In this document: positions 12,843-25,985 of the stretch, in pieces | How positions within the stretch are numbered: position 1 is the first letter of the stretch | Layout of the letters: each line of letters opens with the position of its first letter | From: Octopus sinensis | Lineage: Eukaryota | Assembly: GCF_006345805.1 (NCBI RefSeq) | Contig: NC_043003.1 | Location: 63,488,001-63,552,000 of the forward strand | Length of the DNA stretch: 64,000 nt | Direction of reading: 5' to 3' | Program-made: the position numbers and the translations under genes | The notes under the pieces: generated by a model | The model's input: only the letters and a program-made list of their open reading frames with translations | Databases searched by the model: none | What the model was told of the DNA's origin: nothing

Positions 12843-14337
12843 AATCTATCTATCTATCTATCTGTCTGTCTGTCTATCTATCTGTCTGTCTGTCGATCTA
12901 CACACACACATACATACATACATACATACATACATACATACATACAACAGTAGATATGCTTTTGAATGACTAATATGTATCTTCCGCGCAGTAATTGTTT
13001 CAGGCTCAATACACGGCCCCAGGATCAAATTACTTGTCTGGCAAGTGCACATCCGAAACTTTTATTATTATCATTATTTTTCATATATTGAGACTCCGCG
13101 TGTTTTTCTACTGAGGAAATAACAAATGTTTTCATCCCAAAAAGTGTAACTTAATTTATGTATGTACTACAAAGAGTTCACACAATCGACCTTAGTAGCA
13201 ATATCTATTTTTAACAGGCAGTCTTCGACTATTCCTATACAAACGGATTTTTTAGTCCAATATTTAAAGGTATTGTCTATAGCTTTGTCTGCTTATATTA
13301 TTATTTTGTCTGCTTGAATTATTTTGCGTTCTCTCGAAGATTCTAAATTCTTATATATAATACGTAACGTATTTTTGTTTTAGTTATGAATGTATTTAAT
13401 CTCCAGAGGCGTTTATGACCAACCACAAAACCCTGTTTAGCATTTGCTATATATATGGTTAAAGTCTTGCTCTGGATTATTAAAAATTCCGAAATAATGA
13501 GTCTCCAAGAAAGGAATAAAAGGCAAACTAACGCATTCTATGGCTAAAAAACTATGTTTGTCTCTGTCTGTCTATCTGTCGGTATGTATGTATGTATGTA
13601 TGTATGTATGTATGTATGTATGTATGTATGTATGTATGCATGTATGTATGTATGTACGTACGTACGTACGTACGTACGTACGTACGTACGTACGTACGTA
13701 CGTATATGTCTGTATGTAGGTATGTGTGTATGCGTATACATACATACCTCCTCTCTTCTCTTTTTCTCTCTCTCGCTGCTCACACGTGACCATTGTCCAT
13801 CTTTCCTTTCCTCCCGTGACCATCTTTCTTTTCTTGCACGGACGTTCAAAAGACTGGACGTTTTTTCTCTCTCTTCTATCTTTTCTCTTTCCAGAGAAAA
13901 TATTTCTCCCAGTGTTCACTATTTTCCTCTCGTTGTGGTCTAACGGCCGTCTGTGTTTGTTTTCGTTCGGTTTCTTTGTATGTCTCCACAGTCCTGTTTT
14001 TGCTCCCAACTTTGACCCTCCATAAATCCTAAATTTTATTTTAGAATTTATGGGAGCAACTGTCTTCGAAGACTCATATTGTCGTTGAATGCTCGAAATG
14101 AGGAGTAGACAGACAGCCGACAACTGATGAAGGGTCCTTTCTCTGAGTTTACTTGTCCTGTTTTCTATTTTTTCTCTCTTGTTTGCGTATTTAACTCGTT
14201 TGTTTACGTATTTCATGTTGTTGCACAGTAGGTGACGTCCTGTACCCATATATGCATATATATATATATATATAATATATATATATATATAATCTATCAT
14301 TATTTAATTGAACGCCATACATCCATTTCCAAGTACG

Positions 14338-14369
<32 letters not shown>

Positions 14370-14377
14370 ATACATAC

Positions 14378-14425
<48 letters not shown>

Positions 14426-14584
14426 TATATATTATATATATATATAACAGACAATCGTACAAAAGGTTTATGAACCCAATATTTAAAAGCTATCATTTCT
14501 AGCCTTATCCGCTTCGGGTTGGTTTCACCATTCCAAAACAGAATTATTTCACGTTTTGTCGAAGTTTCTAATTTTTTATGACGT

Positions 14585-14619
<35 letters not shown>

Positions 14620-14700
14620 TAGAGTTCTATTTCTTTCAGCTATTTCATCTTCCTATATGTGGAAAGTCGCTCAAACTTACTTAAAATGGAGCGGTTTACA

Positions 14701-14848
14701 CCAGAGTAACCACATAAATGTGAAACTAAAAAAAAAATAATCACATTTGTAATATCTTTGCAGCTTTATTAATAAAGCATATGACTCTACCTCCGGTATT
14801 CGAGTACTATTTTTTCCGCCTTGTTTCACATTTATGTGCTTACATTGG
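14701..14848. repeat. Inverted pair of a short repeat family (26-nt arms)
   Basis: ccagagtaaccacataaatgtgaaac / gtttcacatttatgtgcttacattgg; related copy at ~19826-19900. Confidence 0.6.
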
Positions 14849-15178
14849 GGTGTGTGTGTGTATATATATATATGATCCACTTAACTACTCCCCGGTATGA
14901 GTAAAATAATATATTTTAACTGTATCCGAAACCATTCTCTGGAGGAGAGGACTTTGAAATGCATTAGACTGACCGGGAGCAATGGCGATGTTTTACACCC
15001 GTCTTCCTTTTCTCTTGGACTTTTCTCTGTCTCCTGTTTCTGAAGAAGAGATTTGCTCGAAATGCAAAACACCCTTTCTTTCCTTCTCTGAGCGTTTTAT
15101 TAATACTTTGCATGTACCACGTCCTTACGTTGTTGTTTATTCTTGTTGTCCTTTTTTCTTCGTTTTCTTTTTATTAAT

Positions 15179-15210
<32 letters not shown>

Positions 15211-15222
15211 TGTATGTATATA

Positions 15223-15258
<36 letters not shown>

Positions 15259-16190
15259 TGTATGTATGTATGTATGTATGTATGGGTGTGTGTATGTGTG
15301 TGTATGTGTGTGTATGTGTGTGTGTGTGGTCTCTCCATTCCCCCTTCTCTCCATTTGTTTTCTCTACTAGTTTCTTTCTGTAGAAAAGTGTAGGTTCGAA
15401 ACGTCAAAGACTTCTTCCATTTTTTCCCGAGTGTCAAACTAATACAGCGTATTTGTTGTTCCCTCACCTCTGTTTTTGCATTTTCATTTTTTTCTTTTGT
15501 ACTTTATCGCATAATTTGAACCACCTCTCCTTCTCCCCCCCTCTCTCTATATACACACACACACATCATATCTATAATACATTAAAAGTCAGTTTGAATC
15601 TTGCTTGCTTACTTGCAATGTTACTCAGCCAAACTGGAAAATACTATGATTTAAGTGTACCCTGAAATGTAAATACGAACGGGATGAAGCAAATTTCGCG
15701 TAAAATGGATAAGTAGTTGTGAAAATATTAAGGGTTTTCGGGGTATAAATACCCAAACGGTGCATAATGGGAAAAGTCTCCGAAATTAACTTAATTCTGA
15801 AAGGGAAGTAACCCTTACTTTTCGATTAGACAGTACGATTTGTTTCTTTTTTTACAGTAAATGTTTCTATTTTCGCTTTTGTTAAATACAATATTTTAAT
15901 CATTTAGAAATATTTTTAAGTGAACGTGATTTAAAAAATGCAGGCTGTTTGTACAAAAAGTATTTGTATTTTAGCATTCTTTAAACAGACAATATTTTAA
16001 CGTTTTTAAAAATTATTTTCAAATGAATAACATTACAATAATTTATTTAGGCATATTTAAAAAACATCTTAAAGCGAAAATTACTTTAAAAATATGGTAA
16101 ATATTTCGTAAAAGACCCGTTTGTAACCTCGGTGTGAAATAATTTTTTTCCTTAGGTTTTTTCTGAGTGCATTCAATGTATCTCACTACC

Positions 16191-16309
16191 AAAGATTTGG
16201 CTGTCATTTCTAGCACACCCTGCTACTACGTAACAGCCATTTGCGATGAAATACCCGAAATAGCTGTTACGTGGTAGCATGGCATGTAAGAAATAGCAGC
16301 CAAATCTTT
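16191..16309. repeat. Imperfect ~50-bp-stem hairpin
   Basis: aaagatttggctg...tgctactacgtaacagccattt / aaatagctgttacgtggtagca...cagccaaatcttt; the gaaatagcagccaa motif recurs at ~38915, ~44500 and ~52945. Confidence 0.7.
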
Positions 16310-16435
16310 CCTTTTCTGGGGAAAGGAGCCGCTTACGCGTGATTTCGATGACATATTCGTTGAAAGCATGCAAAATAACCCGGAAAAGGAAAAAAAACAC
16401 CTACGAAACAAAACTACATTGCTGGGAAACTCAGA

Positions 16436-16471
16436 CTTGCCCGCTGACCCAACGGGTCACGGGTAGTCTAG
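16436..16471 (+). mobile_element. Helitron-like 3' terminus
   Basis: GC-rich hairpin gcccgctgaccc-aac-gggtcacggg followed by CTAG (16468-16471) then T, matching the hairpin+CTRR signature. Confidence 0.5.
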
Positions 16472-16507
<36 letters not shown>

Positions 16508-17371
16508 ACAAACACGCATTCACATACATATTTACATATAAATATATTTATACACATACAAATATATGTAGGTGTATGTGCGCGCGCGCGTTTGTGCGTG
16601 TGAATTGAAACGGAGTTGTTCATAAACCATTCAGTACGGCATAACAGCTATAACAACTTCTCCTATACCCCGTATATGTTTCAAATATACCCGGCTTCGT
16701 AGTTTGTTTTCATAGCTATAAAAACGTCTCGTTAAAACGGGGCGCTTTTTTATAGTTTATAAGAAATTACCATTTTTATTTTATACTTTTTTAATGGATA
16801 AAACTTTCTCCTATGTTATTTATTTTCATTGCGGTTTAATAACTACTGAACAAAGCATGAATCTTATCCTTATTCTTTTTTATAGTTTGACCGTCCATCT
16901 GTGAATCTTCCTGTCATTTTTTTTCTTTCCTAATGTTAATTTCCTCTCCAACTGGTTCAACAGATTCCATAACTCCGATGGAGCTACCAGAATTAAATTA
17001 TTTCTCTCTCTTGTACCTTTCAAATATTCTTTTTATTCTAAGATACCATAACATTTAATTTCCGTTCAGGCTTTTGCATAGAAAACTTTCCACCCATTTT
17101 ATATGCTGTTATATATGCTTCCATATAAGTAATATTCGGTGCAGGTATGGCTGTGCAGTTAAGACATTTGCTTCGCAACCACGTGGTTCCGGATTCGACC
17201 CTACTGCACAGCACCTTATGCATGTGTGTTCTACCATAGTCTTTGCTTGACCAGTTCCTGACGGATGGTAGAGTTTGGTCGGTAGAGGAGATCCGTTGCG
17301 TGAACACACACACACATACACACACCACACACACACACACACACATATCTTAGTAAAAACCTTTCTTATAT

Positions 17372-17800
17372 AGGCACAAGGCCTGATATTTTGAGGGAGG
17401 GGGATAGTCGATCACTTCGACCCCAGTACTTGACTCCTACTTAATTTATCGACCCCGAAAAGATTAAAGGGCAAAGCCGACCACGGCGGAGTTTGAACTC
17501 AGAACGTAGCGACGGGTGAAATACCTATTTTTTTACTACCCACAAGGAGCTAAACACAGAGAGGACAAACAAGGACAGATAAACGAATTAAGTCGATTAT
17601 ATCGACCCTAGTGCGTAACTGGTACTTAATTTATCGACCCCGAAAGTATGAAAAGCAAAATCGATCTCGGCGGAATTTGAACTCAGAACGCAGCGACAGA
17701 CGAAATGCCGCAAAGCATTTCGCCCAGCGTGCTAACGTTTCTGCCAGCTCGCCGCTAAGCATTTAATCCAGCGTGATAATGATTCTGCCAGCTCACCCCC
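17372..17800 (-). mobile_element. Nested SINE family B: Tx1-tail copy inside the head of another copy at gcttagc^ggtatttc
   Basis: Host head at ~17757-17800, inserted copy ~17527-17756, host body ~17372-17526. Confidence 0.8.
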
Positions 17801-18381
17801 CTCAAATACCTTAGAAATAACGAACGGGAAAAAGTATTCAACACAAGTAGGAGAGTATAACCAAGTTATTCAACAACAGCCTTGCGTCATAAATCTTGAG
17901 TTTTCGCAAATCTACAATTGTTAGACGATAAAACAAGACTGTAACAAATGTAAATATAACATGATGAATGAACACATGTTTCCCATTGACTAAACGGGTT
18001 TCGCATTAAAACACATGAAATCTTGCGTGATTCAGCCAAGAATATTTCTAAGTGTTGGAGCAGTGAAGATACCTCACAGATTACGATCAATTTGACGCAA
18101 ATTATATATATATGCATATGTAACCTTACGCAGCAGAATACAAATATGGCAAATTTAACCATATCTTTGTAGATTGAAATAAGGATAACAGCCATAAGTA
18201 ATTTTCAAACCTTATTGGGTTCCCATTAGATGTGTGTATATATATATATATATAGCAATTAAGGACAACTACTTAATAAGGAAAACTTAACAAGAAATTG
18301 TCAGGTAGATAGCGTAAAAACCTCATAAGAGAAAAAATTTCGAAAAAAATTATTTCTTATTGAACATATTAATTTATATAT

Positions 18382-18654
18382 AGAGAGGGCATTATACATA
18401 CATGCCAGGAGGCATTGTATATACATGCCAAACGCTAAGAGGGACAATCAGTCATTCTACCAAAAATATTACTAATCCCACCGAATGCAATTTTTCAAAG
18501 TAAGACATTAAAAATATAGGCCTATATTTTTAAATGTCTTACTTTGAAAATTGCATTCGGTGGGATTAGTAATATTTTTGGTAGAAATGACTGATTGTCC
18601 CTCTTAGCGTTTGGCATGTATATACAATGCCTCCTGGCATGTATGTATAATGCC

Positions 18655-18660
<6 letters not shown>
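18382..18660. repeat. Spacer-less ~140-bp-arm palindrome centred on AGGCCT (18520/18521)
   Basis: Arms are reverse complements apart from a few 1-nt indels. Confidence 0.9.
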
Positions 18661-18709
<49 letters not shown>

Positions 18710-18763
18710 TAAATAATATATATATATAAATAAATAAATAAATAAATATATATATATATAAAT

Positions 18764-18844
<81 letters not shown>

Positions 18845-18863
18845 TATATATATATATAAATAA

Positions 18864-18900
<37 letters not shown>

Positions 18901-18955
18901 AATAAATATATATATAATATAAATAAATAAATAAATATATATATATATATAAATA

Positions 18956-19007
<52 letters not shown>

Positions 19008-19200
19008 AATAATATATATATATATATATAATAAATAAATATATATATATATATATATAATAAATATATATATAATATATATATATAAATAAATATATAT
19101 ATTATATATATATATATAATAAATATATATATATATATATATAATATATAAATAAATATATATATTATATATATAAATAAATATATATATATATATATAT
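18661..19200. repeat. (CT)n then pure A/T (TA/TAAA)n tract
   Basis: Direct inspection. Confidence 0.95.
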
Positions 19201-19695
19201 AAATTAATCAAAATAAAAACATGATGCCAAGGATTCAGCGGTACATATGTTTCGGGCCTTTATTAGACGGATTTATAACAATGCATAATGTGTGTCTATG
19301 GCCTTCTTCAGCCGCGCACAATTACTACCTCAAGGACATGTATTACATCAAAAATTCTACGTTGGGGATGCAAATCCTCTCATTCGCGTACGACATAATG
19401 CGGCAACAGCATAAAAATGAAGCGTCCATCTCGTCCTTCTCTCATTCTACATTGAGAGAAGGACGAGATGGACGCTTCATTTTTATGCTGTTGCCGCATT
19501 ATGTCGTACGCGAATGAGAGGATTTGCATCCCCAACGTAGAATTTTTGATGTAATACATGTCCTTGAGGTAGTAGTTGTGCGCGGCTGAAGAGGCCATAG
19601 ACACACATTATGCATTGTTATAAATCCGTCTAATAAAGGCCCGAAACACATGTACCGCTGAATCCTTGGCATCATGTTTTTATTTTGATTAATTT
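19201..19695. repeat. 244-bp-arm foldback with 8-nt loop, each arm containing a hammerhead-like motif
   Basis: Arms 19201-19444 and 19453-19695, ~3 differences; GCGG-CTGAAGA-GGCC...GGCCC-GAAAC-ACAT-GTA-CCGC at 19582-19658. Confidence 0.9.
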
Positions 19696-19778
19696 ACTCC
19701 ACCACCTACACCACCAAACGGTATATACAGGTGCTTACAATTATCAAGTACTCACCCTGAATTTCTGTACCCAACTCA

Positions 19779-19828
<50 letters not shown>

Positions 19829-20187
19829 GGAGTAAGCACATAAATGTGAAACAAGGTGGAAAAATGAGTACTCAAATAACAGAGGTAGAGTAATATGCTT
19901 TATTTAAAAGCAGCAGAAATATAACGGATGCATCGTTTCAGAACCTTTTGGGGATACACACATACTCTTGCATAATCACATACACTTGCATTTATATACT
20001 AGATATACACATACATGCACATTCACGCACACACACCCGTTTGTATATATATGTGAGTGAGTGTGTGCGTGTGTGAAAAAATAAGTTCAAAAGAGAGCAA
20101 TTCAAACTTTTTGAGAGGTCCAAAAAGAGAGAAAGAATGATTTTTTATAAAGATTATCATATTCATAAAAACAGCCAGAGCAAGTAA

Positions 20188-21454
20188 TAAGAATATGAAA
20201 ATAGTAGTTGAAAAATATCGTTATAGGTATAAAAATACCATAAACAATTATAGAAAAATGGAGGAGAAAAATATGTTGAATCAAAATTAGATTTAATACA
20301 AAATAGGATTCAATACATACGCGCGTTTCAAAGGACAATACAAATATGTAAGAAAAATATAACCTTAGTAATTATAATTAAATTTATGCATTGTCATTTT
20401 CATTAGTGTGAAGAATTTTTGTAAGGACATCAAAAAATGTTTAATAAAATAAAGTAAAATAAGATACAAAAAGGAAGATACAAGTGGGGTAATATGGAAA
20501 AATCAGATATCTGCAAGCAAGTTTTAAAAGGGGAAAATAACAGTAATAATAATAGTAAGAGAGACAAAAGGAAACAGACATATCAATGTATATGCACGTC
20601 TATATGTGCGGTAAACTATAACATAAAATTAGAATGAAAAACTAACGGGTATGTTTAAAAAAATGGTAACAGGTCAAGGCAAAGTATAATAAACAGGGCC
20701 ACGTGTGTATAGTAGAATATAGCGCAACAGGTGGACTAGAGAGTTATACATATGCATATTAATATTGAAAAACGAAAAAATATATGTATATATATTTTAC
20801 ACGAGGCTAAAAAGTGATAGGCAAGACTATGTTTGAAAAAAGTTACAATGTTAAAGTGAAAATCTACATACAAGCAGAGAAAAAAACAAAGAGAACTTAG
20901 CGAGGGAAAAAAACATCGATCAGACAAGACTGGCCGGTATAATTCAAGATAATTACCTTACTCAAAACTAGCCCGGCGTAGGGGAGACAATCATAAAAAA
21001 AGTAAGAACTAAAAACGAATATATGAAAGAGAAAAATGCTATAAAGTTACAAGTGATAGAAAAAGCGTATACACTTAACACATAAGGATATACAGCCAGA
21101 CTCACACATACACATAACCTAAGAGTATAATAAGAGCTAAGAAGAAAAGGCAACGAGGTAATCAGTAAGGTTAATAAAAAGAAATTTGGACATATGTTTA
21201 CAAGACACACTCTTTCATCTCTCGATTTTAAGATAGAACAGCTCATTTTCATAATTTAATTATAATTACTGTGATTGTTATTTTTTTTTACATATTTGTA
21301 TTGTCATTTGAAACGCGCGTATGTATTGAATCCCATTTTGTATTACATCTAATCTTGATTCAACATCTTTTTCTCCTCCATTTTTCTATGAATGTTTATG
21401 GTATTTTAATACCTATAACGATATTTTTCAGCTACTATATATACAATATTCTTA
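20188..21454. repeat. ~200-bp inverted repeats separated by ~860 bp
   Basis: 20188-20388 versus 21250-21454; ORF track shows paired translations SFETRVCIESYFVLNLILIQ / SFETRVCIESHFVLHLILIQ on opposite strands. Confidence 0.85.
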
Positions 21455-21455
21455 C

Positions 21456-21761
21456 GCCCTTTTCTTCTGGAATTGTATTCCCTTCTGACCTTGTGCCCTC
21501 CGTTCGAAAAATTCCTGGGACCGCGCCTAACACCATATGCCTTAAATCCTATGCAAGGTCTTTCCACTTCAAATTAAATGCTGTATCTATATTATCATAT
21601 CCAGTGTACGAGGAAATTGACCGTATGTGTGAGTAACCGGTCCATTTAATGGGGTGTCATACATAACAGTCTGGATCTGTCTTTGAGCGTATGTACACGG
21701 TCAAATCTTATATTGTATAGTGTCTCTTTTCGCCTAAATGTAACTGATCCACTAGCTAATC
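21456..21761 (-). other. Candidate exon (possible 5' UTR plus coding start MVLGAVPGIFRTEGTRSEGNTIPEEKG from ATG 21536)
   Basis: Long polypyrimidine tract and ttgacag acceptor; GGC|GTAAGA donor; no recognisable homology. Confidence 0.2.
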
Positions 21762-21797
21762 CTGTCAATGAAGAGGAGGAGAGAGGGGAGTGAGAGA

Positions 21798-21846
<49 letters not shown>

Positions 21847-22437
21847 TGACAGACAGACAGACAAAGTAGAGCGAAGAATATAACGGAAAGCTGAGAGTGT
21901 TTCTCTTCCTCTGCGTGTAACTGATTCACACATTTACTACCGATCCATTCAATGAAAGAAATCCACAACAATGGAAAGGGTAAGAAACAAAAGAATATTT
22001 ACTGTATATTCTTGTTTATAGATGGTGGACTGGGGATTTCTATTATTTTACCAATTTTTAGTTGGAATATGTCTGGAAAAGGGATTAGTTTAAAGGATTT
22101 ACAACTAAAGGGTTTTTTTTTTATCAATCGAAGTTTTGCATTTTACGGTTACATTTTACATTTTACGGCTGTTTTGTATTTGGGTCTATATTTCGCATGT
22201 TGTCTGTTTTGCATTTTACGGCTACAATTTTGCTTTTTGCGGCTATGTTCAACTTAATTCTCTATTCCTTGGAGGTAACGTGGGGGTTGTCTTTAATTGA
22301 CAGATATATTTTGACAATTAGGTGGAGTTGCATTTGCCCTTGTATCTAAACCAGTGGCTTTCAACAATTTTTCGGCTATGGGCTCTTTTATTCCTTTTTA
22401 ACACTACTGGGTCTCCATAGACATTGGATATATAATA

Positions 22438-22528
<91 letters not shown>

Positions 22529-22834
22529 ACAATAAGAAAATGGAGGGGATCAATAGATGGTTCATCAACTTTTAGACATATTATATTATGTCAATTTATT
22601 TATTTATTTACTAAAATTTGCTGAACCACCTATTGATCCCGTCCATATTCTTATTGGTCTATAAATTAATGGTAAAATAACTCTTTACCCTCACCCATTT
22701 AGTACACTCGGTAATGTAATTATCAATAATTATAACTATAATTATATCAATAATTATAACTATTGATAATTATCAATAATTATAACTATAATTATAGAAG
22801 CATCGACGACAGTTGAAAACTAATGAGTCCTGGG

Positions 22835-23534
22835 CAGTGGCGACTCGTGTATATGAACTGCGGAACTGCAGCACCCCCTATTTCCACTCGATATTATCGA
22901 TAAAATTGAATATAATGAGACCTTTTTTTCTTTAATTCTTTCTTTATATTTGTACATTATAAAATCCTTAAGCTTTATGTCAGTAGCCATCCCCGAGTCT
23001 ATGAAAAAAATACAAAAATCCTTGTATAGAACTGTGCGCTTCACAGTTCCAGCGACGCGGTGTTTGGCTGTTGTGCGCATGCTCACATGTCCGAGATAGG
23101 AAGCTTCATATAAGGGAGAGAGAGAGAGCACTGCGTGAACGACAGTGCCAGGTGAAAGGTAGTGTTTCTTTTTGACTCCGCGTGTGTTGTGCTTAAAAAC
23201 ATGTTTATATTATTGAATGTGATAAAGTGTAGAATTAGATTATTATCCTGCTTCCAGCTTCCGTGTTGCTGCCAGGATTTGAAAAGTAGGACACATCCTC
23301 GCGCCCGCATATTTTGTGATTTAGGGGGAACTTTTGAAAAACAAGAGGTAATTCGCGGCAGTGTTCACTGAACAAATTAAACACTCAATCCGGCAGCGGC
23401 TAAAACGCGAACCGATCAAGTTTATGTGTAAATTTTCTTTTTATATGTTTGTTTCCTTTTACACAATATTAAAACAACGGCTAAAAATTTTCCTAAGCAG
23501 CTCTCCCGTTAATTGTATCTACGAGCCGCCACTG
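22835..23534. mobile_element. Non-autonomous hAT-type element (700 bp)
   Basis: TIRs cagtggcgactcgt / acgagccgccactg; 8-bp TSD gtcctggg (22827-22834) / gtcctgag (23535-23542). Confidence 0.75.
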
Positions 23535-23869
23535 GTCCTGAGAGAAAAAAAGCCTTACAGTCTGGAGCTAAGAACAGTGGAGAAAAACTCATCGATGGCC
23601 TATACTCCATAGTAAGTGAAGGGCTTAAAAGAAAGAATAAAATAACAGCAGGGTTACTGAAGACGACCTGGTTTGACTTCGTTCAATTGATAACCGAGCT
23701 GGGATTATCTTGTCAAAATTCGTAGAATATTATATCAAGGATTATTTTGTCGTTGTATTCATCAATGGTAGATTGCAATGAGGACCAGTAGCGTAGTTGG
23801 GGGTGTGGGAAGAAGAGGGCAATTTCCCCGCCAGGCGACGCTCTTATAGAAGCGTTGAGTATGTCAGAA

Positions 23870-24271
23870 TTTGTAGTGGCTGTGTGGTTAGAAATTTGCT
23901 TCCTAACCCCATGGTTCCAGGTTCACACCCACTGATTTGTATCCTGAGCAAGTATCTTCTACTATAGCCACGGGTCGACCTAAGTCTTGTGAGTAGATTT
24001 CGTAGACAGAAACTGAAAGAAGTCTGTCGTGTGTGTGTGTGTGTGTATGTGTATTACTTGTTTCAGGCAATTGACTGCGGCCATGCTGGAGCATCGCCTC
24101 TAGTCGAAAAAATCGACCCCAGGACTTATTCTTTGTAAGCCTAGTACTTATGTTATCCGTCTGTTTTGCCGAACTGCTAAGTTACGGAGATGTAAACACG
24201 CTAACATCGGTTGTCAAGTGATGGTGGCGGTGAGGGGACAAACACAGACACACAAATACATATATGTATAT

Positions 24272-24327
<56 letters not shown>

Positions 24328-24715
24328 CGATGGGCTTCTTTCAGTTTCCGTCTACCAAATCCACTCACGAGGCTTTGGTCGGCCTGAGGCTATAGTAGAA
24401 GACACTTGCCCAAGGTGCCACGCGGTGGGACTGAACTCGAAACCATGTGGTTGGGAAGCATACTTCTTACCACACAGCCATACCCTAGTGCCTGTTTGAC
24501 CCCTACCACCGCTTGACAACAGATGTTGGTTTGTTTACGTCCCCGTAACTTATCGCTTCAGCAAAATAGAATGATGAATAAATACCTGGTTTTTCAAAAA
24601 AATGTAAAACTGCTGGAGGGTTGCGGTTTGATACGTTCGGCTAAAATCTCTTTAAGGCGGTGGTGCCCCAGCATGGCTGCAGTCAAATGACTGAAACGTG
24701 TAAAAGAAAAATGAC
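23870..24715. mobile_element. Cluster of SINE family A pieces in both orientations
   Basis: Plus head ~23870-24050, minus copy ~24060-24490, plus tail ~24500-24715. Confidence 0.7.
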
Positions 24716-24979
24716 AAAAGAGTTTAAGGCTTAGTGGGGACGGGATATTGGTAAAACCTTGAGGTGCCGCAATGGCAAGATGACTATAAGAACGACCTGG
24801 TTTGGGTTGATATGGCTATTTTTAAAACGAGAAGGTAGAATGTGAGGGCGGATATAGCGTCATTGTAGCGTGTCGTGCGATCGTATGGAAGCTGTTTTCA
24901 TTAGCTTAACTGGCGAACGTCTGCATCGAACATAAACCACAAAACAAACAAACATAAAACTCTATGTAGGGTAAATAGA

Positions 24980-25296
24980 AGCACCACCATCACCGCCACC
25001 ACATCCACAACCACCATCACTACCACCATCATCACCACCACTACCACCACCACATCCACAACCACCATCACCACCATCATAACCATCATCATCACCACCA
25101 CCACCACCACATCCTCCACCACCATCACCATCACCATCATCACAATCACCACTACCACCACATCTACAACCATCATCATCACCACCACCACCACATCCAC
25201 AACCACCATCATCATGATCATCACCACCGCCGTCGCCACCACGTCTACGACCACCACCATCACCGTCATCATCATCATCATCTTCTTCTACAACAA

Positions 25297-25328
<32 letters not shown>

Positions 25329-25344
25329 GCAACAACAACAACAA

Positions 25345-25376
<32 letters not shown>

Positions 25377-25378
25377 GC

Positions 25379-25436
<58 letters not shown>

Positions 25437-25472
25437 CAACAACAACAAACAACAACAACAACAACAACAACC

Positions 25473-25504
<32 letters not shown>

Positions 25505-25545
25505 CAACAACAACAACAACAACACACAACAACAACAACAACAGT
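24980..25545. repeat. Compound trinucleotide microsatellite (CAC/CAT/CAG/CAA)
   Basis: Direct inspection. Confidence 0.95.
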
Positions 25546-25956
25546 ACACCAGAGTACGTGTCCCATTAACAACTTCGAATAACATACCCACAGTCCTTCT
25601 GAACTAAACAAACACACTTATCCAGATACTGCTGCTCGTAATCTGACACACAAATACGCACACACACACACAAAGCAAATAGGAATCACAGAACACGAGA
25701 CCAGAAGGAATTACAGCACTCAACAACACCAAAATTTCGTTTGACGAGGTCCTCAACATGCTAAAATTTGCAGCTATATCTCCCTCAAATCATACGCTGC
25801 AGTCTTAAACATAAAAAGGACATATTGGTCAACATCGTTTGTTGCTTGAAAATAAGATGAGATGTTTTGCTATAATGCCGGGAGGGTTGTTATGCCAATA
25901 ATAAATGCAGACGCACTGGTTCTGTTTCACTTCTTTATTTTTTATTTGTCTGGCTT

Positions 25957-25985
25957 AGGAGTGGCTGTGTGGTAAGTAGCTTGCT
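25957..25985 (+). mobile_element. 5' head of SINE family A, split by retroelement insertion
   Basis: aggagtggctgtgtggtaagtagcttgct matches the head at 54199; the body resumes at 32920. Confidence 0.9.

Noticed and set aside
5388-15467. Many long ORFs (HTYI, MYVC, YI, poly-I/N/C/V) in the ORF track here and elsewhere
   Set aside because: They are translations of tetra-, di- and trinucleotide microsatellites with no domain content.
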